DNA from: Takakia lepidozioides
Lineage: Eukaryota > Plantae > Bryophyta
Length of the DNA stretch: 64,000 bases
Direction of reading: 5' to 3'
Assembly: GCA_030704615.1 (NCBI GenBank)
Contig: CM060731.1
Location: 84,940,001 to 85,004,000, forward strand
A model generated the notes under the pieces. That model made no database searches and had not been told where the DNA came from. It saw only the letters and a list, made by a program, of their open reading frames with translations. Below, piece after piece: positions 1 to 12,000 of the stretch. The stretch's first letter is position 1. Each line of letters begins with the position of its first letter. Made by a program: the position numbers and the translations under genes.

Positions 1-543
1 ATGAAGTTGTTTTTCAGCTTTTTACTATTCCTGGTAAGTGGTGATGAAGATTTTGGTGATGTGAGTGCCCATTCTTCCCTGTTCCTGTTTCCCCTTGTTT
101 GTTGCCGTGCATGTGAAGTGCAATATTTCAGTACATCATAATTTCAGTATTTCAATATTTGAATCAACATTTTCAGTATTTCAGTATTTCAGCAATTATT
201 TCAGTATTTCAGCGAGTTTCTCAGCAAGTATTTCAGAATCTCAGCTAGTTTTTCCACAAGTATTTCAATATTTCAGTTAGTATTTCAACATGCATTTTAA
301 TATTTTAATGATTAGTAAATCCAAAGATCAGTTTTGTAATATCAGATATCAATATTTAATTCATACATCAATAATTTCTACCAGGGCCAGCTTTATGAAG
401 AAATAAATAAATATTTTTTTTCTCTCATGCAAAACATGTTTAAAATGTAGTTTAAATATGTGATTATTTTTATTTTAATATAACATTTTAAGGAAATTTT
501 GTACTTAAGAGTTTTAGGGTGGAGCCATTACGCGACTAGCCGC

Positions 544-731
544 TTGTTAAAATCGTTATCTTCTTAGAGGGAAAGTTTCATCTTGACAGGAAGAGGTACC
601 AAAGAATCAACGTGTCCCTTTATGGCGCCTCGTCACCTTACGAATTTTGTAAGGATCTTACGCCTGACGTAAGGTACCTCCTCCCCCGTCGGGATGAAAC
701 TTCTCGTATGAGAAGATAACGATTTTAACAA
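544..731. mobile_element. Small foldback/MITE-like element with ~57-bp imperfect inverted arms
   Basis: TTGTTAAAATCGTTATCTTCT..AAAGTTTCATC..GAGGTACC (544-600) is the reverse complement of GGTACCTC..GATGAAACTT..AGAAGATAACGATTTTAACAA (673-731). No clear TSD. Confidence 0.5.
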
Positions 732-964
732 AGGGAATTTCTAGGCGGTTTTTTCCTGTGGGGTGAGGGACCCCTCACGCTGCGTAAAGAAACACCAAGG
801 ATTTTGGATTTTGATGGCTGGGATTTCCTTGCTTTGGCGGCTCACAAGAGCAGGAACCTTAGAGCATGCAGAGGCTCCGCGCTATCACTATGCTCGTGAG
901 GCATATGGTGAGGCAGGCAAGTTAGATACCAAAAAGGTGTAGGAGCTATTCTATCTCAGAAACA

Positions 965-1230
965 TCAGCGGCGTGAGCATGTGATTGCGTATGCAAGCAA
1001 GGTTTTGTTGGACGCCCAACAAAAGTACCGCCCCATGGAAGGTGAGTGCTATGCTCTTGTGTGGGGAGTTGTTCACTTCTAGTAGTACCTTTATGGGACT
1101 CCCTTCATTATCAGAACCGATCATAAGCCCTTGGAGTGGCTAGCTACCGTCAGTGATGCCTATAGTAGGCATGGGAGATGGATTATGATGCTTCAAGATT
1201 TTGATTTCAAAATTGTCCATAGGGCGGGAT
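965..1230 (+). pseudogene. Ty3/gypsy RNase H fragment
   Basis: Manual translation HVIAYASK..YRPMEGECYALVWGVVHF*..IRTDHKPLEWL..RWIMMLQDFDFKIVHRAG, with an in-frame stop. Confidence 0.85.
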
Positions 1231-1759
1231 TGTTGAACAATTTTTTATACATCCATCCCTTCGCCAATCTTGGTGGGTACTCTAGATAGGAAGTATTGGA
1301 ATACTCTAAGTATTAGAGTATTCCTGTTGTTCAGAGTCGGTACACATTTGTTGCGAGTGGTATCATGGTGGATTAATGAGGGTTCATACTTCTGGTTATT
1401 ACAAGGCTTCATGACGTCGGTGAACTTGGGTATCTTTTACCTGGATGGTTCTCCTTAGTGAAGGTAACTCATATGATCTGTGTAAGGGTCTTCATTGGCT
1501 TCAGTAGCTACAAACCTCTTCTTAGGTGTGCCATAGAGCTGAGATTTGTATATCAGGTATGTTCCTATGTGCATGGGGTCTCAACGCTCGAATGTTGAGA
1601 TCCTTCCTATCTTAAGTAACCAAAGCATTCTCATTACTTCGTATTGACATTACCAGGCTTGAAGACACAAGTATGGATTCCAAATAAGCATCATCTTTAT
1701 CATCTCATAGTAATAAATACAAGGTTCTCTCCCTCATCACGCTCTGTCTAAGTGCATCC

Positions 1760-1812
1760 GAGGTTTGCTATTTCATGAGCATGAGCGGCATGAGCGGCAT
1801 GAGCGGCATGAG
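1760..1812 (+). repeat. Element A left TIR with subterminal CATGAGCGG 9-mers
   Basis: GAGGTTTGCTATTTCATGAGCATGAGCGGCATGAGCGGCATGAGCGGCATGAGC; inverted partner at 15666-15702. Confidence 0.8.
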
Positions 1813-2149
1813 CAGAGTAGTAACACAATCGGTTTTCATGAGCAGAAGTACAAATTTCGAAAATAAAAAACAATAAAAAAAACAATAAAAAACAATAATT
1901 TAATGCAATGTGTCAGAAAAAACAAATATATTATTCGGCCCCTTGAAGGGAAAATTGCACTTTTGACAGTTGTGCTCATGATATTTTGTCTTCCGCTCAT
2001 GCCAATTCCTAGCGACATGTGCAAATATGGCGCCGAATTTCGCGGTAATAGGGTCCGTAACCTGAAAAAACGGCGACGTATTTCGCGGCAATAGGTCTCT
2101 CTGGCGAAAAATGGTGCCGAATTCCGCGGCTATAGGTCCCCTCATGACA

Positions 2150-2390
2150 GGTAATTCGGCGCCATTTTCCAGTGCATGTTCGGACTTAGCCAGTTTTCGG
2201 CCCAAAAAAGAGAAATTCGGCGCCATTTTTCCAGACACGGTACCAGTGCATGTTGGGACTTAGCCAGTTTTCGGCCCCAAAAAGAGAAATTCGGCGCCAT
2301 TTTCCCAAACACAGGTACCAGTGCATGTTGGGACTTAGCGAGTTTTCGGCCCCAAAAAGAGAAATTCGGCGCCATTTTTCCAGAAATGGC
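2150..2390. repeat. ~68-bp tandem repeat with AAATTCGGCGCC core, 3' of the transposase
   Basis: Recurrent GAGAAATTCGGCGCCATTTT..GGTACCAGTGCATGTTGGGACTTAGC units; mirrored at ~45690-45920. Confidence 0.85.
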
Positions 2391-2537
2391 CCCAGAACTG
2401 CTTCTGTTGGATCTCAGTTTGAATGGAATATTGCCTCATTCCAGGAGTTTTGGGGCATTTCATTACACTGCAAAAAAAAAGTCTGATACAGCAAAATGCA
2501 TTTGAAAATATCCATATGGAGGATTCCGTTTGCCCCA

Positions 2538-5500
2538 TCAATGATTTCTGGAATCCCTAAGAAGGAGTTTGTGCAGCTCGTTCACGCTCAACGCCGGTGC
2601 ATGAATAAAGTCATCAATAGTCACGTTCATCCTCAACCTCTTCAGGTAAATGTAATACAGATGCTTGCACGGATAATACTTCGAACCCTTCTTTGCTTCC
2701 ATCAACGAGAAGTCCGTACAGTTGCAAGTCGGCTCCACTCCAATCGTAATTGTGTATACATCGTCGCGTACAGCCGAGCCGGCCGTTGCCATCCGATACA
2801 CACGCCCAAGGCCGGGTGGGGGTACGTCCACGGAGCTCTGAATAGTGCAAGCCATCCCAAGAGCATTGGCAATCCGAGTCTCATTCAACTTGTTGGGAGG
2901 GTGTCGTCTCTTCACTCTTCCGAATCGCATTGTGGGATGTGCAGAATTGTCCAATCCGTCTCTACTGGACCGAGCAGTATGCAATGGCTGGGTCTGAGGA
3001 ACCGGAAATGCGTGGGCCGGGATGTCTGTGCGTTGCACCATTCGAAATCCTGCTGCAGATAGAGCATCCGCCTCATTCTGAGAGAGGCTGCAACCCGGTG
3101 CAACAGGCCAGACGCCCGGAGGCTCCGGCATTCCCTGAATCCCGTACTTGGGCTTGCCAAATACACAGGTCATTATGTCGTGCCTACAGAACCAAAATGT
3201 CTGCGTTGTGGCGTGAGCAAATGTGGGAGTCAAAAATCTGCCGCTGAAACAAGGTGCAGGTACAGCACCGTGTGGGTTCCTCCGAATCATCTCACCACAG
3301 CGTGCTCTCGTATCCACCCGGATGGCGCAACACTTCCCTCGAAATGCCGGCAATGTCCTCGCAATTCTCCACTGTGACTCCGACACTCTTGTCTCCACAA
3401 TGGGAATGTTGTATTGCTTTACTACAGATGGCTCGTTATGTTGCCGGGCACGCGCCCTGTGCTCAAAGGAGATGGCGATCTTGAACGTGCAGGACTTCCG
3501 GTGCTCGACGAGACCTCCTCGGACAACATCACCGGACCACGAGGGAGCGTGCGAATATTCTTGTCAGCTCGCCATGAATCCTCTTCTCCGCCAGGTGCCT
3601 CGTCAAGTCTTCGTCTCACTGGACGGGTATGAACATCTCCTTCCAAATGTTGGCCTCTTCGCAGCAATGGCGTGTCCCGAAGGCCCTCTCGCAAGGCCGC
3701 CGCCCACTTCCGAGGATTCTTCGATCTGGAGGCAGTCCGCATCAGCATTTCCTGCCTGTCCGGCCCCAAGCCCCACTGTTTCCCTTTCAAGAACTCGTTG
3801 TACCTGCATTGCTGCATAATTGACCTCACAATGTCCTCCGTTGTGGCAGTGAGGATGTCCACCAGATGCGCCGCAGAGGAGGCACGCCAGGAAGAGTGCA
3901 CTGATTCGGCCATGTTTGTCGTGGGCATGTCGGTGTCGGAGTCGAGACACATTTCCTGCACAAGCACATGTTGAGGTTACAAGCAAGTTACAAATATGGC
4001 CAAGAATAATATCCAACGGGACGCGAATTCGTGCAACTCACCTCCCGCATATAGTCGCCGAACTGGAGGAAACGATAATGCCACCATGCTAGCCAACTGA
4101 CCATTGCTCCTTCGTCTGATTTCCTTACAGCACCTGACGATGTCCACCAAGCCCGTATGCATGCAAACTGTGTCTCTGCATCATCCAAGGTGGGAGCGCG
4201 CTTCCACGCAAGGCACATGGAACGGTGCTCCTCTCTGAAATCTGGCGCCACGAGCCTGGTTGTGTACTGCGAAAGGCTCTGCAGAAAGTGGAACCCACAA
4301 GATCTCTCCTTGCCTTCCATGGGAACATTGGGGTCTTGCCCGTACACCCTTCGGATGGCAGCCCAATTTGCTTGTGCGTTGTCCGCCATGAAACCACGGA
4401 AATTGGGAGGGGGCAATCCCGCCTTGGCCATCTGTTCGTTTATTCCCTGCCAAAGAAGCATCTCCGATTGTGTGTCCTCTCCTTTCATCTCACAAATAGC
4501 AATTGTCATTAGCATCCTGCAGTGGGTGTCGTAGACATGTGCACCCATTGTCACCCACTGGTGATTTGTAATTCGCTTGATATGGTCGAACATGACCCAA
4601 CTGTTTGACAAGTTCCCACTCGTCATCCTGTCGACCAGTTCGACGCCACTGCCAGGTCCACACGTGGACATTTTGAATACGAAACAACGATCTGCCTCAG
4701 TCCCTTGTCCTGGAAACCTACTTCCATGAATGTAGTCATATCCACATCGTCGCTTCACCTCCAGAATGGAGTGCATATCCGAGCCACGCCCAATTTTCTG
4801 TTTGCAAGAGACAATGTGGTTTCGGACATTCGGTGAACATACGTGGGACACCGACTCGAGCAATGCCTCCATTTCCTTCTCGTCGAGAGGAACTCTATCC
4901 GAGCCGTCTTCCGACATAATTCTGGCCAATGCCATCTTATGGGCGGCTTGGAGCTGTATCTGTTTGGGTTTGGCACCCGGTCTCAACTTAACCTCCTCCT
5001 GAACGAGCTGCTCTGCTTCGTGGGCAGCCTCCCGCGAGTTCCCCTCGCCAATTTGTGACAATGGGAACCAACGTGTATGCAAGCTCGGGTGAGGTCAGGG
5101 AAACGGTGCAACACATAGAACTGCTTGGCATTACAAACAGACATGCAGTGTGGTGGTTCTTTGCAATGCGCACACTTAAATGTGGAGTTCGGAACCTTCT
5201 GAGCTCGAAATGGTTGGTGAGCTGTGCCTGTCCAATCGGTCTCGTTCCTGTGACCTCTGGATTTAAAGTGGAAGCAAGTTGGGGAGAAACACCGCAACGC
5301 GCCCGCACAAACAACGTAGTCCGCCCGAGGAGGGAACTCAAAGAAGACATTACGTCGACGTCGGCGGAAGGCATGTAACCGATTTAATTGCGAACTTGCT
5401 GTAGTCCAGCCCGGCCAGCTCCGACCGGTGTCCCTCCAGGTGAAGCCCTCGCAGAATTTCTAGAATAGATCGAACTGCGGTGCTCGTGCTGGGAATATGA

Positions 5501-6014
5501 CTCCCTCCTCCACTGACGTCCATTGAGGACTTGCCTGATCTCCAGGACGACCTCGGAACTTCCATGACCTCGTCTGAGTCGGACAGGTTGTGAACAACCC
5601 GGTTCTCGGTCGTCTTCATGGATGGGTTCGGCTCTGGATTTACTTCGTTGCGGACTTCTCTCTTTGAGGTACCCACTCTCTGATTCGCGGATTGTTTCGT
5701 GGAAGGCGCCAGGATAGACGGTGCATTTGGCGGGCAAATGAAGTCCCCAACAGCCCTGTATATGACGCTGTCCGATGGTGGAACTCGCCATTCCCTGCCA
5801 TCGCCGAAATCATCGTGGAGCACAACAATACTCTCGACAACAAGGCCGTTTGAGTCCTTCCTTTCCTCCTCCAAAAAAAAACCGACCCCGGTTTCAGGTG
5901 GTATCGAACGCACAGATATTTCTCCATCACCCGGCAGGTGTCCCCTCTGCACGGAAATGAAGCTCTATGCTCGTGAGGAGGGCAGTACACTGTAGCGCTC
6001 GGGTTTTCCGCCAT
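2538..6014 (-). pseudogene. Element A copy 1 MULE transposase (GCM-like, DDE, SWIM), disrupted
   Basis: Near-identical to 41936-45527 but split into ORFs 5350-5952, 3988-5082, 3422-3967 and 2538-3398 by small indels, plus a 111-bp deletion at ~5316-5319. Confidence 0.85.
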
Positions 6015-6309
6015 GGGAGATGTGCACACAAGACTGCCAGGATGGCGTGCGGGGAAGCTCCCTGGTAGAAGGGGGTGCAGCGATGGGAATGAATGCGATG
6101 CCGATTTGTCCGAGCGACGAAGCCTGATCCAAATCCAGGGAGCCAACTATCTCAAAAATCCACAGTCAGAGTGTTAATGAACCTTGTCTCCGGAATGCGG
6201 CCCTCGTCTTTGCGCAATAACTGCCAACGGTATGCAGTCAGAAAGTGGGGGCCGTCCGGATGATGACGGCTGAAGGGGATAAGCCGGCACCGTGCCGTCA
6301 CATTACTAC

Positions 6310-8830
6310 CCCCGAATGGAAATTCGGCACCAACATCCAACAGAGGAAGCCCGGATGAAGTCGCCTCGGGCGCAGAGGCCGGAGTGTGTGCGACAGATAA
6401 CATCTTCTGGATGGAGATTCGGCGCCGAATTTCCATCCGGTCCCCCCAAAGGGAGTCGTGTCGGGGGGTCAGGCCGAAAACTGGACGGCATAAAAACATC
6501 CCCAGATGGAAAAACGGCGCCGAATTTCCATCCGGGGCGATTCGGATGCAGTCGGGGAGGGGGGAGTGGCCTGCAGTTGGCTGTCACATTTCAACCCCCG
6601 GACGGAAATTCGGCAACGAATATCGAACAGGGGACGCCCGGATGAAGTCGCCTGGGGCACAGAGGCCGGCCAGTGTGCGACAGAGAACATCCCCTGGACG
6701 GCCATTCGGCGCCGAATTTCCATCCGGGCCCCCCCAAAGGAAGTGTTGTCGGCGTGTCAGAGCGAAAACTGGCCGACATAAAAACCTCCACAGATGAGAA
6801 AACGGCGCCGAATTTCAATTCGGGGCCGTTCCAATGAAGTCGGGGAGGGGGAGAGGTCGGAACCTGGCAGTCATATTTCAACCCCCGGGACGGAAATTCG
6901 GCACCGAATATCCAACAGAGCGGCGGAGAGGCGGCACCTCTCCGACAGAGACCATCCCCCGGATGGAGATTCGGCGCCGAATTTCCATCCAGCAGGTAAG
7001 TGGAATCTCGGATGGATGGAGATTCGGCGCCGAATTTCCATCCAGCAGGTAAGTCGATCGGTGCCATATGGATATTCGGCGCCGAATTTCCATCCAGCAG
7101 GTAAGTCGGATCGGTGCCATATGGATATTCGGCGCCGAATTTCCATCCTGCAGGTAATTCGAATCGTGGATGAATGGAAATTCGGCGCCGAATTTCCATC
7201 CAGCAGGTAAGTCGGATCGGTGCCATATGGATATTCGGCGCCGAATTTCCATCCTGCAGGTAATTCGAATCGTGGATGAATGGAAATTCGGCGCCGAATT
7301 TCCATCCAGCAGGTAAGTCGGATCGGTGCCATATGGATATTCGGCGCCGAATTTCCATCCTGCAGGTAATTCGAATCATGGATGAATGGAAATTCGGCGC
7401 CGAATTTCCATCCAGCAGGTAAGTCGGATCGGTGCCATATGGATATTCGGCGCCGAATTTCCATCCTGCAGGTAATTCGAATCATGGATGAATGGAAATT
7501 CGGCGCCGAATTTCCATCCAGCAGGTAAGTCGGATCGGTGCCATATGGATATTCGGCGCCGAATTTCCATCCTGCAGGTAATTCGAATCCTGGATGAATG
7601 GAAATTCGGCGCCGAATTTCCATCCAGCAGGTAAGTCGGATCGGTGCCATATGGATATTCGGCGCCGAATTTCCATCCTGCAGGTAATTCGAATCATGGA
7701 TGAATGGAAATTCGGCGCCGAATTTCCATCCAGCAGGTAAGTCGGATCGGTGCCATATGGATATTCGGCGCCGAATTTCCATCCTGCAGGTAATTCGAAT
7801 CCTGGATGAATGGAAATTCGGCGCCGAATTTCCATCCAGCAGGTAAGTCGGATCGGTGCCATATGGATATTCGGCGCCGAATTTCCATCCTGCAGGTAAT
7901 TCGAATCGTGGATGAATGGAAATTCGGCGCCGAATTTCCATCCAGCAGGTAAGTCGGATCAGTGCCGTATGGATATTCGGCGCCGGATTTCCACTCGCCA
8001 TTTATTTCTGAGCGAGGAATTACCTTCGTGCAGGTAATTCCCATATAAGAATTACCTTCGTGCAGGTAATTCGCATACAAGAATTACCTTTGTGCAGGTA
8101 ATTTCCAGATGACAATTACCTTCCTGCAGGTAATTCCAATCGATGTTTATTCCTCGTCCAGAATTACCTGCACAAAGGTAATTCTCATCTGGAAATTACC
8201 TGCATGAAGGTAATTCTTGTATGTGAATTACCTGCACGAAGGTAATTCTTATATGGGAATTACCTGCACGGAGGTAATTCCTCGCTCAGAAATAAATGGC
8301 GAATCGAAATTCGGCGCCGAATATCCATATGGCACCGATCCGACTTACCTGCAGGATGGAAATTCGGCGCCGAATTACCTGCTTGAAGGAAATTTGGCGA
8401 ACCGCCCTACCTGCGCGGATGGAAATTCGGCGCCGGATTTCCATCCGCGCGCATCCGAATTACCTGCTTGAAGGAAATTTGGCGCACCGCCCTACCTGCG
8501 CGGATGGAAATTCGGCGCCGGATTTCCATCCGCGCGCATCCGAATTACCTGCTTGAAGGAAATTTGGCGCACCGCCCTACCTGCGCGGATGGAAATTCGG
8601 CGCCGGATTTCCATCCGGGCGCATCCGAATTACCTGCGCGGATGGAAATTCGGCGCCGGATTTCCATCCGCGCGCATCCGAATTACCTGCGCAGATGGAA
8701 ATTCGGCGCCGGATTTCCATCCGCGCGCATCCGAATTACCTGCTTGAAGGAAATTTGGCGAACCGCCCTACCTGCGCGGATGGAAATTCGGCGCCGGATT
8801 TCCATCCGCGCGCTTCCGAATTACCTGCGT
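6310..8830. repeat. Intergenic palindrome-rich arrays of element A (~300-bp duplication, 106-bp array, central inverted repeat, ~75-bp array)
   Basis: Many copies of GGAAATTCGGCGCCGAATTTCC and of AATTACCT..AGGTAATT. Counterpart at ~39070-41640 has a different unit number. Confidence 0.95.
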
Positions 8831-9055
8831 GAGGGAAATTCCGGGACTGTTTTCGTCTATTTTCTTCCGACATGGAGGGCTTCATCCGACATTTAATTGC
8901 GCAGTTGGGCAATAAATGTCGACGGCCGTCGCTTATTATTCGGGCTGGCGACGCATGGCTTCCTGGACACGTACCCTAAATCTCATGCTATACTTGGCTT
9001 AACATGGTATTCCAGGCATGTACCCCAAAAAAGGAGATCTTTTTGGCTGGGACTT

Positions 9056-12000
9056 ATGCCGCCTGAAGGGCGTGGCTCTCCTGAGAGAGACCTCAGATCC
9101 AGACCGCGGCGGAAGTTGAAAGCTCTGTACTACGGACGACGGCCAATCTCTCGCATGGCCAAACTGAAGCTCCAGCAGGAGATTCCAGTGTCTTGCTCAC
9201 AACCTGCGCCAACTGAAGCCGAGTACTCTCAGGCAAGCCACTTCTGCTTTCGGTTTGTTCGATTTCTTTTTTGCTTTCGCTTCGTTACCTCGCTTTGTTT
9301 CTGCATCTTCATCCTGGCTTTGCTTTATGAGTGAACTTTAGATAGTTGACTGAACCTTAGATTGTTTGCAATGCGTGTGCAAATCCGGCAGCTCTGGAGA
9401 AGGCTGCTTGTGCATGTCATTCTTAGGCAATGGTTGCATTTGTTTTCATTGTTGTTGCATGGCTCTCCATACTTCCTAAACTTGTTATGTTTTCATTTTT
9501 GCTACATGATTGCTGCTATGGTGGTTGCGCTGCTGCTTTTTGCACCACTGTTGGTGTTCACGATTTTTGTCAATCACAGAGTGACGACGAGCCCGGCACG
9601 CTGGTGGTATCATCGACAGCTCCAACTCATCGCATGTTTGAATCGCCCAACTTGGGGCGAGAGGGCAAACTTAAATCTTTTGTTGGTGGACGGGAGGACT
9701 TGCAACGAGATTACGATAGAGTAGGCATTGGGGAGGTTGGTGCAGGCGGCATGGCAGGTGAAGGGCGTGAGGACATGAGGACAGCAGATCCGGCAATGGA
9801 GGTTGTTCATGCACATGCAGTAGGGCCCGCCCACGCAAAGAAAAAGAAGAAAGCTAAGCACATGCAATCCCCGGCGAGAGAGCAGTCACGGGCTGCGGAG
9901 GGGGGAGTGAGCAGTGCGCGCGAGGGTGTCAGTTCGCCTCAATCAAAGGTGGTCGTCCTGGAGGGCTCCCCTGTTGCTAGCCCTAGTAAGAAACAGAAAG
10001 CCCGTGAGAGGGCAAAAGAGAGGGCAAAAGAACAGACGAGACAGAATGCTAGCAAGGAGGAAAGACAAAAGGCAGCTGAAGAGGCCCGGGGTGCCCAAAT
10101 GACAGATGCCAATGTAAGCGAGGGACACACAGAGACGGTGGATCCCTACAAGACACCACAGAGAGGCAGTAGCACACCGGTTAGACCATCGCGGGCAAGT
10201 GCAGCCCCCGCAATTACCCATACGGTGGAGAGTGGAGGAGAGGAAAGAACACCTGAAAGAGCACCGATTGTGCAAGTTCGAGGTGAAGCCAGGGAGAGGG
10301 CAGTAGAGACGACGAGAGTGCTGGAGGTGGTTTCGCAGGTGGCTGACCCTGTTGAGGAGGACGACATGGATGTTTCTGACCAGGATGACATTCTCCCGGA
10401 CATCCCCAGGCCCCAAACCCGGAGCATACAGGCTGGATTTGGCGGTCTTGGTGGGCTGCCGGAAAACCCCTCTGCAGCAGACGTCATGTCTGAGGCGGAT
10501 ATGAAGTTGGCCGCTGCCAAGATGTTGGAGGCAACCCACAGCAACATTGGCAGGGTGCTGGGGGGCATGGTGTACCCGGCCAAGCTTCGAATTCCCCTTT
10601 GCCGCTTGGTGTCATTGCAGGTGGTGAGACCTGCCCTCCCAGGCGATATCGACAAGCTGAAATTCTCTTTCCGGGATGGATATCGAATGGGGTCTGCCGC
10701 CTTTTACGTTTCCATTGAGAACGACCACGGAGCTTCCCGTGCCCACACTTCCGATGAGGTGGACAAATGGGGTCCCCATTGGCAAACGCGAAATGAGGAG
10801 TTCGAGAGATCGATTGCTAGTGATCCTCTTTTCCAGCACATGTCCGGTAAGATGTTCTACGTGTGGGACGGCAATCATCGCCTCCTGGCATGGATGGAGC
10901 ACATTGCCCAAGCCCACCCCAACGATCTCGATTGGCATTTCGCCGTCGATTGTGTTGTGCTGAAGGTTGCGGGGCCCAAAGATCGCAGTCTTCTCAAAGC
11001 TGCAATGGCCGACATCAACTCGTAAGCTACAACCCCTCTCGCTTTTGGACTTTGAATTTGGAAGTCATTTCATTGCGAATCCTCATATATGATGAAAATT
11101 CCCATTTCAGTATTGTTTGATGGAAATGTGGCACTGCAGGGTGACTGAGAATGCCTTCATTGCCACCAACTTGTCCCATATGCTCTTCCGAGTGAAGGAT
11201 GTCGGGAGGCAGGGGGTGGAAGAGTTTGCCAATTCCCTCAGTGCCGACCTCCTGCGCAAGTCGGAGGCAAAGGCAGACAGAACCTGGTATAGGCTGAGCG
11301 TCGACGCCATGGTGGACTACATATTTCGGGTAAAGCTCCTGCAGTTTTGTTGAGCTAATTTGTCTCTCCTCCCCCAATAGAAGAAATTGTGTTGAGCAGG
11401 ATCTCTAATCTTATGTGCTGCTTTTCGACAGACGAAAATACAGCAGGATTTGGCACATGCGCGGAGGTTCTACATGGAGTCAGAGGAGAAGAATCCAACC
11501 CTCCCGGAACTCGAATCGTATGTCAAAGCTGCGGAGGTGAGGGCCCGCATAAAGTACAAGTCGCGGATGGTAAAGTACGTGGCCATAGCTGATCCCGCCC
11601 TTGGTGCCGACTTTCTGGTGGAGGTGGGAAAGCACTACTCTCGCGCTCTGAAGCCCACGATGACATTGGAGAAGCTCCATCGTCTAGCCACATCCTGTGT
11701 GGATGCAACAGAAAAGGTGATACATTCTTAACCAAATTGTGGTGGCAACAACTCCTTTTTGTGGTGTTTGGCGCTTACGAATATGCTGGGTGGTTGGACA
11801 GACCCGGTGGCTCCAAATCTGGAATGGTTCCCAAAGTACCAGGGACATGTGGAGCTTCCCCAAACCGGACAAACTCTCTGACCCCACATTCGACATGTGG
11901 ATGAACCGCATGACATGGTGGTTTCAGGTACTTCCCCACGCTTCGTTTGGGGCTTGTACTCTAGTAGGGGGTTGATTCATTGTATTTTTTGAGGAAAGCG

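Noticed and set aside
120-290. ORF 65-280 and TTTCAGTA repeats
   Set aside because: Low-complexity AT-rich sequence with no protein signal.
6960-7990. CRISPR-like array of palindromic repeats
   Set aside because: The intervening sequences are themselves repeated rather than unique spacers, there are no cas genes, and the context is eukaryotic. The same applies to 46310-47815.
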